A DNA stretch of 62,694 nt from Gammaproteobacteria bacterium (lineage in GTDB: Bacteria > Pseudomonadota > Gammaproteobacteria > DAOVJZ01). A program made the translations under genes and the position numbers. Where the stretch lies: the NCBI GenBank assembly GCA_029882995.1, contig JAOUJV010000005.1:1-62694 (forward strand), read 5' to 3'. Under the pieces are notes generated by a model that searched no databases, was not told the origin of the DNA, and was given only the letters and a program-made list of their open reading frames with translations. Within the stretch, counting starts at the first letter, position 1. Every line of letters starts with the position of its first letter. Of the stretch, positions 19,956-30,245 are shown one piece after another.

Positions 19956-21715
19956 GACGCCCTGCTTTCGTCTGCATGATTTTGTTTTGGCTGTTACTGC
20001 CTGTTACTACCATACAGGCTGCCAGTATTGTTAACAGCAAACACAATTTGTCGGTTACTGGTTCCGGCAGTGTCAAGGCTGATCAGGAATCACAAATCTG
20101 TATCTTCTGTCATACACCGCATAATGCTTCACCGATTGCGCCACTCTGGAACCGTCCATCATCAGGTGCCAGTTATACGCCCTATTCCAGCAGTACCGCG
20201 ATTGCTTCACCCGGGCAACCAACCGGTGCCTCCATCCTGTGCCTGAGTTGTCATGACGGTACCATTGCGCTGGGTGATATCTTAAGCAAAGACACGCCCA
20301 TCACGATGAGTGGTGGTATTACTACCATGCCTACTGGCTCAGGCAGACTGGGTACGGATCTGAGGGATGACCACCCGATTTCATTTGAATACACAACTGG
20401 ATTGGCCAGTTCCAATGGTGAACTGGTAAACCCTTCAACACTCATGGGGCAGGTAAGACTGGATGCAACCGGGCAAATGCAATGCACCTCCTGCCATAAT
20501 GCACATGATAACAGTTATGGAAAATTTCTGGTCATGCCTAATATTGCCTCTGCACTTTGCACAACCTGTCATCAAAAAACCAACTGGTCGCAAACACCTC
20601 ACAGCTATTCCTCTGCAACATGGAACGGGCAATTACCTGATCCATGGCCAACAACAGATTTAACTACTGTCGCGGACAATGCCTGTGAAAACTGTCATCA
20701 ACCTCACAGCGGCGGCAGTACCCAGCGATTGTTGAAACACATGAATGAAGAAGACAACTGCGCTTCCTGTCACAACGGCAACGTGGCCGCAAAAAATATC
20801 ATGACATTGTTCAATCAGGCCTCGGGACACCCGATCACCAACACTTCCGGTGTGCATGATCCGGCAGAAGGCGCTGTAGTTAACAGCCGCCATGTTGAAT
20901 GTGTCGATTGTCATAACCCGCACCAGACACGTGCAGGTACTGATCCGGTAACGGGTGTCTTGTCCGGTGTGCGTGGAATTGATATTAATGGCATTGAAAC
21001 AAATCCCATTACACAGGATTATCAATTGTGCTTCCGCTGTCATGCCGACAGCACCGGGAAACCCGCTGCACTGACACCACGTCAAATTACCCAGACCAAT
21101 GTCCGGCTGGAATTCACTACTACGAATCCCTCTTTTCATCCTGTAGCCGGTCCGGGTCAAAACCCTAATGTTCCGAGTTTAATTGCACCTCTTACGATTA
21201 ACAGCACCATCAGTTGCAAGGATTGCCATAACAGCAACAATTCACCAACTGCCGGGGGTAACGGGCCGGAAGGACCACATGGTTCATCATGGAAACCTCT
21301 TTTAATTCGTCAATATGAAACTCTGGACTATACAACCGAAAGTGCCTCTAACTATGCTCTCTGTTATGGTTGTCATGACCGTAACAGCATTCTGGGTAAC
21401 CAAAGTTTTCCACTTCACAATTGGCATATTGTTACAGTAAAAGCTACTTGCAATACTTGTCACGACCCGCACGGAATCAGCGATACTCAAGGTAATGCTA
21501 CCAATAACACTCATCTGATCAATTTTGATACATCCATTGTTTCCACTGCTGGTAACGGAAAACTGGAATTTGTTGACTATGGCACATACGCTGGTTGCTG
21601 TAGTTTAAGCTGCCATAACCGCAACCATGGCGCATTTTCATATGGCGGTGGTGGTGGCGGTGGTGGCGGCGGTGGTGGCGGCGGCGGTGGCGGCGGTGGT
21701 GGTGGCGGCTGCTGA
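19952..21715 (+). CDS. Multiheme cytochrome c (11 CxxCH + 1 CxxxCH) with OmcE-like N-domain and Gly22-Cys tail
   Basis: Hand count of heme motifs; signal peptide; N-terminal ~200 aa paralogous to 14785..15477. Confidence 0.9.
   Translation: MRRPAFVCMILFWLLLPVTTIQAASIVNSKHNLSVTGSGSVKADQESQICIFCHTPHNASPIAPLWNRPSSGASYTPYSSSTAIASPGQPTGASILCLSCHDGTIALGDILSKDTPITMSGGITTMPTGSGRLGTDLRDDHPISFEYTTGLASSNGELVNPSTLMGQVRLDATGQMQCTSCHNAHDNSYGKFLVMPNIASALCTTCHQKTNWSQTPHSYSSATWNGQLPDPWPTTDLTTVADNACENCHQPHSGGSTQRLLKHMNEEDNCASCHNGNVAAKNIMTLFNQASGHPITNTSGVHDPAEGAVVNSRHVECVDCHNPHQTRAGTDPVTGVLSGVRGIDINGIETNPITQDYQLCFRCHADSTGKPAALTPRQITQTNVRLEFTTTNPSFHPVAGPGQNPNVPSLIAPLTINSTISCKDCHNSNNSPTAGGNGPEGPHGSSWKPLLIRQYETLDYTTESASNYALCYGCHDRNSILGNQSFPLHNWHIVTVKATCNTCHDPHGISDTQGNATNNTHLINFDTSIVSTAGNGKLEFVDYGTYAGCCSLSCHNRNHGAFSYGGGGGGGGGGGGGGGGGGGGGGC
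21644..21709 (+). repeat. (GGY)22 poly-glycine tract
   Basis: 22 in-frame GGT/GGC codons followed by TGC TGA TAA. Confidence 0.95.
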
Positions 21716-21747
21716 TAAGCTTTTGAAGTATATTATTTTTTCATACA

Positions 21748-21761
21748 TTGACAAAGATCAT
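21748..21761. promoter_or_regulatory. FNR-like box (2 mismatches)
   Basis: TTGAC-AAAG-ATCAT in the AT-rich gap upstream of 21803. Confidence 0.4.
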
Positions 21762-21802
21762 TAACAAAATGCCCGGATTATGGACAGAATGAAAAAGTAA
21801 AA

Positions 21803-22816
21803 ATGGTACTAACAACAAAAGCCGCTTTATCTGGAGCCGCAAGGTTCCTGATAGTTTTTTTTGCATTATGCGCAATTGCAAATGCAACGGGGAATGATGG
21901 AGGGAAAAAGGTGATGGTTTCAGCAATCACTGATAAAGAAATATTTGCCCACCCGGAAAAAGTAAACCGATGGTTATCGGAGCGACAACTTTCAGTCCAG
22001 CAAATCCCCAATCCTCACTGGCACAACGATGCATGTCAGGCATGTCATACAAAAAAGAATTCTGCCAGCCTCAGAAATAATAATACCGAGCAACTTTGCC
22101 TCAATTGTCATCAAGCTGTATCACGACACGGTTTTAATCATTCATCAGACAAGCCAACCAGCGATGCCATGCTAAAACGCATGCCTGCCAACTTCCGTAA
22201 TGCCCTGAAGACAGGTAACAAGGCAACCTGTACTACATGTCATGAGCTGGCCATACAATGTTTACCAAAACAGCGTAAGGAAAAACGTCGTAACCCGATG
22301 TTCCTGCGAGGAGGTCCGTATCGTTATCGTTCTGATCCCTGCTATCAATGCCATGATGCCAAGGCCTATGCACGCATCAACCCACATGATCAGATTGACG
22401 AGGCCGGCAATGTCAGGAAATCAACCTGCCGCCTGTGCCACAGTGATAAAAACGATCTTGATAAAGCCCGCAATATATCCGAGGTCGGCTTTAATGTTGA
22501 AAAAGATTTGAAAAACATGTGCACCGGCTGTCATCCGTGGATCCCTCACCCGGGAGGGACATTCATGTTTACCGGCGGTGAACGACCGGAACACCTTGCC
22601 AAACCATCAAAATGGGTACTTCAACGTATGCAGGAAAGTGAAAAGAAACTAGATATCATTCTTCCGCTGGATCCGACCAATGGTGAAGTATTTTGCGGCA
22701 CATGCCATAACCCGCATGAACGCAACCTGTTGTCCTCTCCTGTTGCAAACAAGGGGGCCGACAGCAAAAAGCGCTTGCGACTACAGGAAATCTGTACTGC
22801 TTGCCATGAGAAATAA
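21803..22816 (+). CDS. Octaheme c-type cytochrome
   Basis: CQACH, CLNCH, CTTCH, CYQCH, CRLCH, CTGCH, CGTCH, CTACH; N-terminal signal. Confidence 0.9.
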   Translation: MVLTTKAALSGAARFLIVFFALCAIANATGNDGGKKVMVSAITDKEIFAHPEKVNRWLSERQLSVQQIPNPHWHNDACQACHTKKNSASLRNNNTEQLCLNCHQAVSRHGFNHSSDKPTSDAMLKRMPANFRNALKTGNKATCTTCHELAIQCLPKQRKEKRRNPMFLRGGPYRYRSDPCYQCHDAKAYARINPHDQIDEAGNVRKSTCRLCHSDKNDLDKARNISEVGFNVEKDLKNMCTGCHPWIPHPGGTFMFTGGERPEHLAKPSKWVLQRMQESEKKLDIILPLDPTNGEVFCGTCHNPHERNLLSSPVANKGADSKKRLRLQEICTACHEK

Positions 22817-22822
22817 ACATTA

Positions 22823-23932
22823 ATGAAACAATATCTACTCCGATCAGCAAGCATGTTCCTGTTGTTGGTGATATGGATGACCAATGTACAGGCCTTTCAG
22901 GATGATGAAGGCTGTTTAATGTGTCACAAATACCCGATGATGGGTCGTATTACCGGTGAGGGTGTTTTCCGTTCCTATTATATTGTCCCTGGAATTTTTG
23001 AAAAAACAGTACATCGCAATGTCCCTTGTCGAGATTGCCATAACTATATAAAGGAACTGCCGCATAAACCGGTCAAGCAAGGGGTAACATGTAATACCGA
23101 ATGTCATTCCATCACTAACCCGGCAACAGGAAAACCATTCAGTCACAAACCCATTTACGATACCTATCGTAAAAGTGTACATGGCCGTGACAAGCTAACC
23201 AAAACCAGTGATTCCGACAAACCCTATTGCATCACCTGCCATACTAATCCGCTGTATAACCCGAAAGAGGACAAACCACCATCAAAAATTATTGACCGCT
23301 GTGTGGTTTGTCATGAGAAGCGACAGTTTGCCGAACGCTGGTACAATCATACCAGCCGTCGCATCAAGGAAGTACGCCGTTCATCCGAAGATATTGTGGC
23401 CATCTGTTCCAACTGTCATGGTAAAAAAGAATTTATTGAAAGACGAAAAGAACTTGCCAAAAAAGAAGGCCGTGAACTTGGGCCCAAGTTTGCATTTGCC
23501 ATCGATTCCTACAAGGACAGTTTTCACGGGAAATTGACCCGCATCGGGTTTACCGAAACTGCAAACTGTCTTAACTGTCATGCCAACGAGGTGAATTACT
23601 ATAAAAGTGTGCATGAAATTCGCCCGTCGCGTGACCCGCTGTCACCAACGCATGATAATAATCGCGTCAAGACCTGCCAGAAATGCCACACCTATGCAGA
23701 CGCCAACTATGCACAACTGGATCCTCATCCAACCAGTGACAAGGAAGATAACCCGTTCCGTTACTTTGCAGAAATGATATACAACTGGGTTGGTTATATC
23801 GTGATAGCAGGACTGGTGGGTATATCCATGTTTGAAACCTTCGGTCGCTGGCGCGATGGTGTTGGTTTGTTTATTCGCCAGGGTTCTTCATGGTGGCGTA
23901 AAAGTAAACGTGGTCGCAAACGGGTTGTTTAA
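22823..23932 (+). CDS. Membrane-anchored multiheme cytochrome c (7 CxxCH + CNTECH), CbcA/CbcL-like
   Basis: Signal peptide, Y..S.HG motifs, C-terminal TM helix with basic tail; adjacent to a cytochrome b. Confidence 0.85.
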   Translation: MKQYLLRSASMFLLLVIWMTNVQAFQDDEGCLMCHKYPMMGRITGEGVFRSYYIVPGIFEKTVHRNVPCRDCHNYIKELPHKPVKQGVTCNTECHSITNPATGKPFSHKPIYDTYRKSVHGRDKLTKTSDSDKPYCITCHTNPLYNPKEDKPPSKIIDRCVVCHEKRQFAERWYNHTSRRIKEVRRSSEDIVAICSNCHGKKEFIERRKELAKKEGRELGPKFAFAIDSYKDSFHGKLTRIGFTETANCLNCHANEVNYYKSVHEIRPSRDPLSPTHDNNRVKTCQKCHTYADANYAQLDPHPTSDKEDNPFRYFAEMIYNWVGYIVIAGLVGISMFETFGRWRDGVGLFIRQGSSWWRKSKRGRKRVV

Positions 23933-23965
23933 TCCAAAGGTGATATTAACAAAAGGTCGAATGAA

Positions 23966-24919
23966 ATGAATCTATCTGACAATGCCAAAAAAGTACTGGA
24001 ACGCAGTATGCAACAGAACAGGGTTAGCGATGAGGAACGTAAAGATATCCTTGACGTTGTTGCTATCATGCCGGATGACCGCGTACTCCTTTATAAGAAT
24101 GTAGTATCAAATCCTATCGGTGACCTGCCGCGTTACTCAATTCATATTCGTATTCAACATATGCTGACCTTTGTTACTTTCCTGACACTTGCCTTCACCG
24201 GCTTGCCAATCCATTTTATTGATACTGTCTGGTCAGAGCCGCTGAACTCACTCCTTGGTGGTGTCAATGTAACACGGATCATTCACCGTACCCTGGCCTC
24301 AGTCATGATCTTCTCAATGATCTATCACATTTTCACAATTACTTTCGGTCCTCTGCTACAGATATCCCGTGGCCGTTTTGATATTTACCGCACAATTATT
24401 CCAACATTCAAGGATATTACTGATTTCAAGGATGACATGCTCTACTTTGCCGGCAAGCGTGATCAACGTCCTGAAATGGACAAGTTTATGTATAAACAAA
24501 AAATTCATTACTTTGCAGCGGCCTTTGGTAATTTGGTTATGGTTATCTCCGGTTCATCCTTCCTGTTTCCGGAATTTTGGGCGAGTATCTTGCCTACTTC
24601 AATTGCCGCACACTTTCAGGAACTGATGCGCTTATCACACCCACATGAAGCACTGCTGGCACTATTGGTGATTGCTTTTTGGCATTGGTACAACGTACAT
24701 CTGGCACCGGGGCGTTTCCCCATGCAGTGGACATTCCTTACCGGCATGATCACCCGTGAACATCAAATTGAAGAACACTTCCTGGAATATTTACGCAATC
24801 TGGTTGAAATCCCTGAAGAACGACGTTTCCTGCAAGACTTGCTGGAGAGTCGCGAACTGGTACCGGAAACTGAAACCCCTGTAAACTCTAAACCCGTTAG
24901 TGAGCAATCAACGCCATGA
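23966..24919 (+). CDS. Cytochrome b subunit (FdnI/HyaC/CbcB-like)
   Basis: RIQH..TF.TF..LAFTGLP, IIHR, KF...QKIHY, HEALLA....WHWYNVH; about four TM helices with conserved His. Confidence 0.88.
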   Translation: MNLSDNAKKVLERSMQQNRVSDEERKDILDVVAIMPDDRVLLYKNVVSNPIGDLPRYSIHIRIQHMLTFVTFLTLAFTGLPIHFIDTVWSEPLNSLLGGVNVTRIIHRTLASVMIFSMIYHIFTITFGPLLQISRGRFDIYRTIIPTFKDITDFKDDMLYFAGKRDQRPEMDKFMYKQKIHYFAAAFGNLVMVISGSSFLFPEFWASILPTSIAAHFQELMRLSHPHEALLALLVIAFWHWYNVHLAPGRFPMQWTFLTGMITREHQIEEHFLEYLRNLVEIPEERRFLQDLLESRELVPETETPVNSKPVSEQSTP

Positions 24920-25035
24920 TCAATCCAATGACACGTCTGCAAAAACTGATTGCATACACATCCCTCATTATTGTATTGGCATGGACAGTTTTTGGTATTT
25001 ACACAATCTGGCTCTACATCGGGCATGAATTGTAA
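24916..25035 (+). CDS. 39-aa single-TM protein (below the ORF-track cutoff)
   Basis: ATGA overlap with the cytochrome b stop; MINPMTRLQKLIAYTSLIIVLAWTVFGIYTIWLYIGHEL; fills the gap. Confidence 0.65.
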   Translation: MINPMTRLQKLIAYTSLIIVLAWTVFGIYTIWLYIGHEL

Positions 25036-25057
25036 GCAGGAACATCGGAGATAAACT

Positions 25058-26086
25058 GTGCATCAAATGGAATCTGCAAGTATTGTAATCATTGTTATAG
25101 CAGTCCTGCTATTTTTCCTGCTGGGGATTGCTATATTAATGCTGGTTGATCACAAGGCACGATTACCTGGTCATTTCACACAAGACCAGTTTTCTATCAA
25201 GGGAATGCGCCGCAATCATCCTGGAATTTCCTTCATCACCACCATTATCCTGTTCTCAATTATTTTTACCCTGCTCATGGAACTGGGCGTAACCTTTTAC
25301 GGAAAATTTTCTCCACTCCCGGAACAGGAATCTCCAGGATTGCTAACACAAATTGGTCAGGAACGAAGCGCAGAAAAACTTCGCCATTTTCACAACACGA
25401 CAGAAAAATTATTACCTACCCAGGGCAATAAAACTGTCTGTTTCCAGTGCCATGGTGATTATCCACACTCCAAGGAACCCATGATTCGCACCATTCTTAA
25501 TATGCACACCCAGTTTGTTGGCTGTATGACCTGTCATAATGATGCACGCAAAGTTAATGAACAAAGCCTGACTTTCAACTGGCTTAATTTCTCAGGCATT
25601 AAAACATCCGGCCCACCCTTCGGAACCAGTATTGATCCAGAAACGGGCAACCTGATTGAAACAGATGACTATTATTCCAAGATTGTTGTGTATAGTAATA
25701 ATAAATTGCTTGAGATTACACCGGACACACCTGATACCATAGAGTTTATCAAGATAAACCATCAACTAACTGATGAGGACAGGCAGGCAATCAAGGAACG
25801 TTTTCACAGACTGGTCAGTCCCAAAGGACGTTTTTGCAGTCGTTGTCATACCCAGGAAAACGGCTATATTCCGTTTGCAGAACTGGGTTTTTCAGAACGC
25901 CGAAGAAACGACCTGACCAACCTGAATATTATTGGTCTGGTTGAAAAGTACAAGGATTTCTATATCCCCAACCTGCTTAATACAGATAAATCAATTCCAT
26001 CACTGGAAGATCTGACCAGAGGGCCTGAGAAAAGCAAAGCCAGCAAAGATCATGATATCAAAAGTCCCTGGTGGGAAAAGAAATAA
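25058..26086 (+). CDS. Membrane-bound triheme cytochrome c (2 N-terminal TMs)
   Basis: CFQCH, CMTCH, CSRCH; GTG start with GGAG RBS. Confidence 0.85.
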   Translation: MHQMESASIVIIVIAVLLFFLLGIAILMLVDHKARLPGHFTQDQFSIKGMRRNHPGISFITTIILFSIIFTLLMELGVTFYGKFSPLPEQESPGLLTQIGQERSAEKLRHFHNTTEKLLPTQGNKTVCFQCHGDYPHSKEPMIRTILNMHTQFVGCMTCHNDARKVNEQSLTFNWLNFSGIKTSGPPFGTSIDPETGNLIETDDYYSKIVVYSNNKLLEITPDTPDTIEFIKINHQLTDEDRQAIKERFHRLVSPKGRFCSRCHTQENGYIPFAELGFSERRRNDLTNLNIIGLVEKYKDFYIPNLLNTDKSIPSLEDLTRGPEKSKASKDHDIKSPWWEKK

Positions 26087-26113
26087 CAACACATTAACTG
26101 GATATAAAATAGT

Positions 26114-27052
26114 GTGAGGATTCCCGGCTCAAAACATTTTCTTTTGTTTTATGCAGTGATTGGACTGTTATGGAGTGCTACTGCACCTGCCACAGACATC
26201 CCGACCCACCCGCTTTCCCACATCCGCAATATAACCGCTACTGCAAACGGAAAATTATCACTGCCTACCGACGTTGCACTTGATAAACAAGGCAGGCTTT
26301 ATGTGGTTGACAGTGGCAATCATCGCATTGCTGTCTTTTCCAATAACGGTCAACATTTATTTAATGTCGGCAAACACGGTTCAGCTCCCGGTGAATTTAA
26401 TGGCCCGACAGGTATTGATGTTGGACCGGATAACAGGTTTTATGTTGCAGATAAAAACAATCATCGCATACAGGTGTTCAGTCAATCCGGTGAACTGGTG
26501 CGAGTTATTCCCATAACGCGTGGCAAACACGGCATTACCCCGGTCGATGTTGCTGTATCACCTGATGGTGAGACACTCTATATCACGGGCAACAACAATC
26601 ACCACCTGATGAGTTACACAATCAAAGGCAAACCTGTTCACGAATGGGGCGGCGAAGGTGTCAACAAGGGCGAGTTTCGTTATCCGGCCACCATTGCTGT
26701 CAGCCCGCAAGGGAATATTCATGTCGTTGATGTACTGAATGCCCGGGTACAAAAATTTACCGGGGACGGAAAATTTCTTGTTCAAATCAGCAAGTGGGGC
26801 GTACTGCCCGGTCAACTGTTTCGTCCCAAGGGGATTGCACTCGATTCGCAACAGCATGTCTATGTTGGCGACAGTTACATGGGAGTAATCCAGGTGTTCG
26901 ATAAGGAAAGCCGTTTCATACATGTGCTGGGAAATAAAGGAGAACCTCAACGGTTTGATACCCCGCTCGGCATGGCCATCAGCAGGAATGGTCACTTGTA
27001 TGTGGCGGAAATGATCGAAAATAAAATCTCTGTTTACAAGCTGGGACGATGA
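26114..27052 (+). CDS. Periplasmic NHL-repeat beta-propeller
   Basis: Signal peptide; YVVDSGNHRI, GEFNGPTGI, GEFRYP, GQLFRPKGIA. Confidence 0.9.
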   Translation: MRIPGSKHFLLFYAVIGLLWSATAPATDIPTHPLSHIRNITATANGKLSLPTDVALDKQGRLYVVDSGNHRIAVFSNNGQHLFNVGKHGSAPGEFNGPTGIDVGPDNRFYVADKNNHRIQVFSQSGELVRVIPITRGKHGITPVDVAVSPDGETLYITGNNNHHLMSYTIKGKPVHEWGGEGVNKGEFRYPATIAVSPQGNIHVVDVLNARVQKFTGDGKFLVQISKWGVLPGQLFRPKGIALDSQQHVYVGDSYMGVIQVFDKESRFIHVLGNKGEPQRFDTPLGMAISRNGHLYVAEMIENKISVYKLGR

Positions 27053-30000
27053 TCATGAAACTGTTTTCACGAATGATTATTACCGCCCTGTTATTCATGA
27101 CTGCTGCCCTGTCAGTTTCAGAATATGTATGGGCAGCACGTGATGTAGGTGAACAACGTGAGTGTGCAACCTGCCACATCATGTGGCTCAATGAATTCAA
27201 ACGCACTGATATTATCCCGCTAATAAAATATGATCCGACCCCGCAGGAAACAACCGGTCGTCAGGATATTGTTAGTACAAAAAGAATGTGCATTTCCTGT
27301 CATGACGGGTTTGTACTGGATTCCAGAGAACTCTGGAAGGAAGGCCACAAACAACACCCGGTCGGAGTAAAACCGTCTGACAAGATCACAATCCCGATTG
27401 TTGAAGGCAAGAACCTTTTTCCACTTAACAGTGATGGCAAGGTATATTGCGGCACCTGTCACACTGCTCACGGCATCAAATGGGGCGAAAAGGAATCGAC
27501 CGTATTTATGCGCGTCAGTAGTCGTGACGGAAATTTTTGCCAGAATTGCCATAAGCAAAAAATGACCGGGCCAGCCACGGGCAATCATCCTGTCAATAAA
27601 AAGGTGAAGGGCAAACTTGCTAACATAGGTGCAAAACCGGTTCGGCTAACTGATGAGAAGGAAGTCAGTTGCCAGAGTTGTCATACTGCACACAAGGCCG
27701 CCAACAAAAAACTGCTGGTTAACGATAACAACAATTCCGAGATCTGCGGCAGTTGTCATGCTGACCGCTATACCTTCTCCATGAAAGAGGCAGCACGCTC
27801 ACATACACATCCGGTCAACCTTGTTCCTGAACATGCAAAAATCCCCCAGGACCTGATTGATAAAGGTGCAAAACTGGGTAATGACGGAAAAATTATCTGT
27901 CAGACCTGCCATACCCCGCACGGCTCCAAAACCCAAAAAAGCATTCTTGTTGACAGCAATCAGGACTCCTCCCTGTGCCAGCAATGCCACATAAAACAAC
28001 GCAAGGTGGCTGGCGGCAAGCACGACATGCGACTGGTTGATGCTAATAACAGCAATGTTAAAAAACAGGTCGTGGACAAAGCCGGTGTGTGTAGTGCCTG
28101 TCATACCGCACACGATGGCAAGGCTCCAAAAATGTGGGCACGTACACCGGGAAACAGTAAAGACCCAATGGCTTCAACCTGCCTGAGTTGCCACCAGACA
28201 GACGGGCTGGCCAGGAAACACCAGGTTGGGAATTTCAGTCATCCGGTCGGTGTGGATATTGCCAAGACCGGGAACAAGGTCAGTCTGCCGACCTTCTCAA
28301 ATACAGGCGTAAAATCCATCAACGCCGCCAGCGGCAATGTTACTTGTGCTTCATGTCACGATGTACATCAATGGGATCCAAAGCACCCGCAGAAAACGGC
28401 CAAACCCGGGCAAGCCGGTGATGCCAGCAACAAGTTCCTGCGCAAGGTAAACAAACCTGACAGTGCATTATGTAATACCTGTCACAAGGAAAAGTGGAGT
28501 ATCAATGGCACTGAACATGACTTGTCAGAAATAGCACCCAATGCCGTTAATGTGCTCAAGCAAACACCCGAACAAGGTGGTACCTGCAGTAGTTGTCACC
28601 TGGTGCATAATGGTAAAGGTCCGCGCATGTGGGCACGTAATATTCCGGCAGGCACCACAGGCCCGTCTGCCCCATGCCTGAGTTGTCACAACACAGATGG
28701 TCTTGCAAGCGATAAGGCCATTGGCAAACATAATCATCCAGTTAACTCCCCGTTGGAAAAACTCGGTATCAAGGCCACCTTCAAAAGCTGGCAAACTGCG
28801 ATCCCTGATATCCTGAAACTGAAATCACCTGTACCGCTGCCCCTGTATGATGAGGATGGGCATTATGCCAATGCTGGCGGCAATATCAGTTGCGGCAGTT
28901 GCCATGATCCACATCGCTGGGATCCGGAAAATGCCAGCAACAAGGACACCAATGTTGAAGGTGATGCCAGCAACAGCTTTCTGCGCATGGCAGACAAGGG
29001 AGAAAGTGCTCTTTGCATGAACTGCCATCGCAACAAGGCCAGTGTAGTCCTGTCCCCACATGGCGAGAAAAAACTGGCGCAGTCACCTAGCAATGAGCAT
29101 TCTGCAACCGGACCATGCAGCGCCTGTCATCAACCCCACAACAGCAAGGAACCCTATCTTTGGGCACGCAAGCCCGGCGAAGGGAAAACAGCGATCACAA
29201 CTTTGTGTACCAGCTGTCACCGGGATGATGGGCATGCAAAAAATAAACAAACGGGAAAAAATACACACCCGACCGGCATAGCATTAACCAAAGACATGCC
29301 CGCATCAAAATTACCGCTTTACACTGCAAAGGGAGAAAAAACAGAACACGATGGGAAAATAGATTGTGCCACCTGTCATGATCCCCATCAGTGGAACCCG
29401 GACAATTTCAAGAGTATCGCGGGCAAAAAAGCCAATGTTGAAGGCACACCCGCCAACAGTTTCCTGCGTATTCATGCAAGCGGGGACAGCGCCTTGTGTA
29501 TCACTTGTCACAAGACCCAGGCATCAGTACAAAAAACTGATCACGATTTAAACATAACAGCAAAAAATGCTGTTAACCAACATAAACAAACACCCGCTGT
29601 ATCCGGCACCTGCGGCCAATGCCATACACCGCACAATGCCACCTCACCCGTGCGTTTGTTTGCACAGGCTCCGGGCAAGGGCAATAACATTAATGAACAA
29701 CTCTGCCTGGGCTGCCATGCCGAAGGCAAAAGTGCAAAAGCCAAAATACCACCGGAAACAAAACACCCGGATAAAGTACGTGCATGGTCAGGTCCCGTGC
29801 GCGCACAACTGCGGCCTGATGCAAAAACTCATTTACCCATCTTTAATAAGCAAGGCAAACCCGACACCACGGGTATCATCAGTTGCCCAACCTGTCACAA
29901 TCCTCACAAGTGGTCGATCACACAGGAAAAACAGCCCGGCAAGAATACCGAGGGCGACACCTCGTCCAGCTTTCTGCGCCTGTCCAACACTGAATTATTC

Positions 30001-30093
30001 CTGTGCGCCGACTGCCACGGCCTGGATTCCCTGTATCGCTACAAGTACTTCCACTCCAGTAAATCTCATGAAAAACACAAGCTGACACGCTAA
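27049..30093 (+). CDS. 24-heme c-type cytochrome
   Basis: 24 CxxCH motifs by hand count, signal peptide, repeated tetraheme modules. Confidence 0.92.
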   Translation: MIMKLFSRMIITALLFMTAALSVSEYVWAARDVGEQRECATCHIMWLNEFKRTDIIPLIKYDPTPQETTGRQDIVSTKRMCISCHDGFVLDSRELWKEGHKQHPVGVKPSDKITIPIVEGKNLFPLNSDGKVYCGTCHTAHGIKWGEKESTVFMRVSSRDGNFCQNCHKQKMTGPATGNHPVNKKVKGKLANIGAKPVRLTDEKEVSCQSCHTAHKAANKKLLVNDNNNSEICGSCHADRYTFSMKEAARSHTHPVNLVPEHAKIPQDLIDKGAKLGNDGKIICQTCHTPHGSKTQKSILVDSNQDSSLCQQCHIKQRKVAGGKHDMRLVDANNSNVKKQVVDKAGVCSACHTAHDGKAPKMWARTPGNSKDPMASTCLSCHQTDGLARKHQVGNFSHPVGVDIAKTGNKVSLPTFSNTGVKSINAASGNVTCASCHDVHQWDPKHPQKTAKPGQAGDASNKFLRKVNKPDSALCNTCHKEKWSINGTEHDLSEIAPNAVNVLKQTPEQGGTCSSCHLVHNGKGPRMWARNIPAGTTGPSAPCLSCHNTDGLASDKAIGKHNHPVNSPLEKLGIKATFKSWQTAIPDILKLKSPVPLPLYDEDGHYANAGGNISCGSCHDPHRWDPENASNKDTNVEGDASNSFLRMADKGESALCMNCHRNKASVVLSPHGEKKLAQSPSNEHSATGPCSACHQPHNSKEPYLWARKPGEGKTAITTLCTSCHRDDGHAKNKQTGKNTHPTGIALTKDMPASKLPLYTAKGEKTEHDGKIDCATCHDPHQWNPDNFKSIAGKKANVEGTPANSFLRIHASGDSALCITCHKTQASVQKTDHDLNITAKNAVNQHKQTPAVSGTCGQCHTPHNATSPVRLFAQAPGKGNNINEQLCLGCHAEGKSAKAKIPPETKHPDKVRAWSGPVRAQLRPDAKTHLPIFNKQGKPDTTGIISCPTCHNPHKWSITQEKQPGKNTEGDTSSSFLRLSNTELFLCADCHGLDSLYRYKYFHSSKSHEKHKLTR

Positions 30094-30122
30094 AAACCGG
30101 TTGCCAAACCCATAATTATTAT

Positions 30123-30150
30123 TAGGTTACATACGTAACCTATTGTTTTT
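30123..30150 (+). terminator. Possible intrinsic terminator or operator
   Basis: TAGGTTAC-ATAC-GTAACCTA followed by TTGTTTTT. Confidence 0.4.
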
Positions 30151-30245
30151 TATATAATTTATAATTATCCCCCCTTTCTGTACCCTGCTCACTACGCTCT
30201 CAAGGTTCCTGCTCCCTGTTCGATATATATCTATATAGATACTTG

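Noticed and set aside
21710-21760. TGC-TGA-TAA read as a C-terminal Cys-Sec motif
   Set aside because: The downstream sequence is AT-rich with no SECIS-like hairpin; tandem stop codons are the simpler reading.
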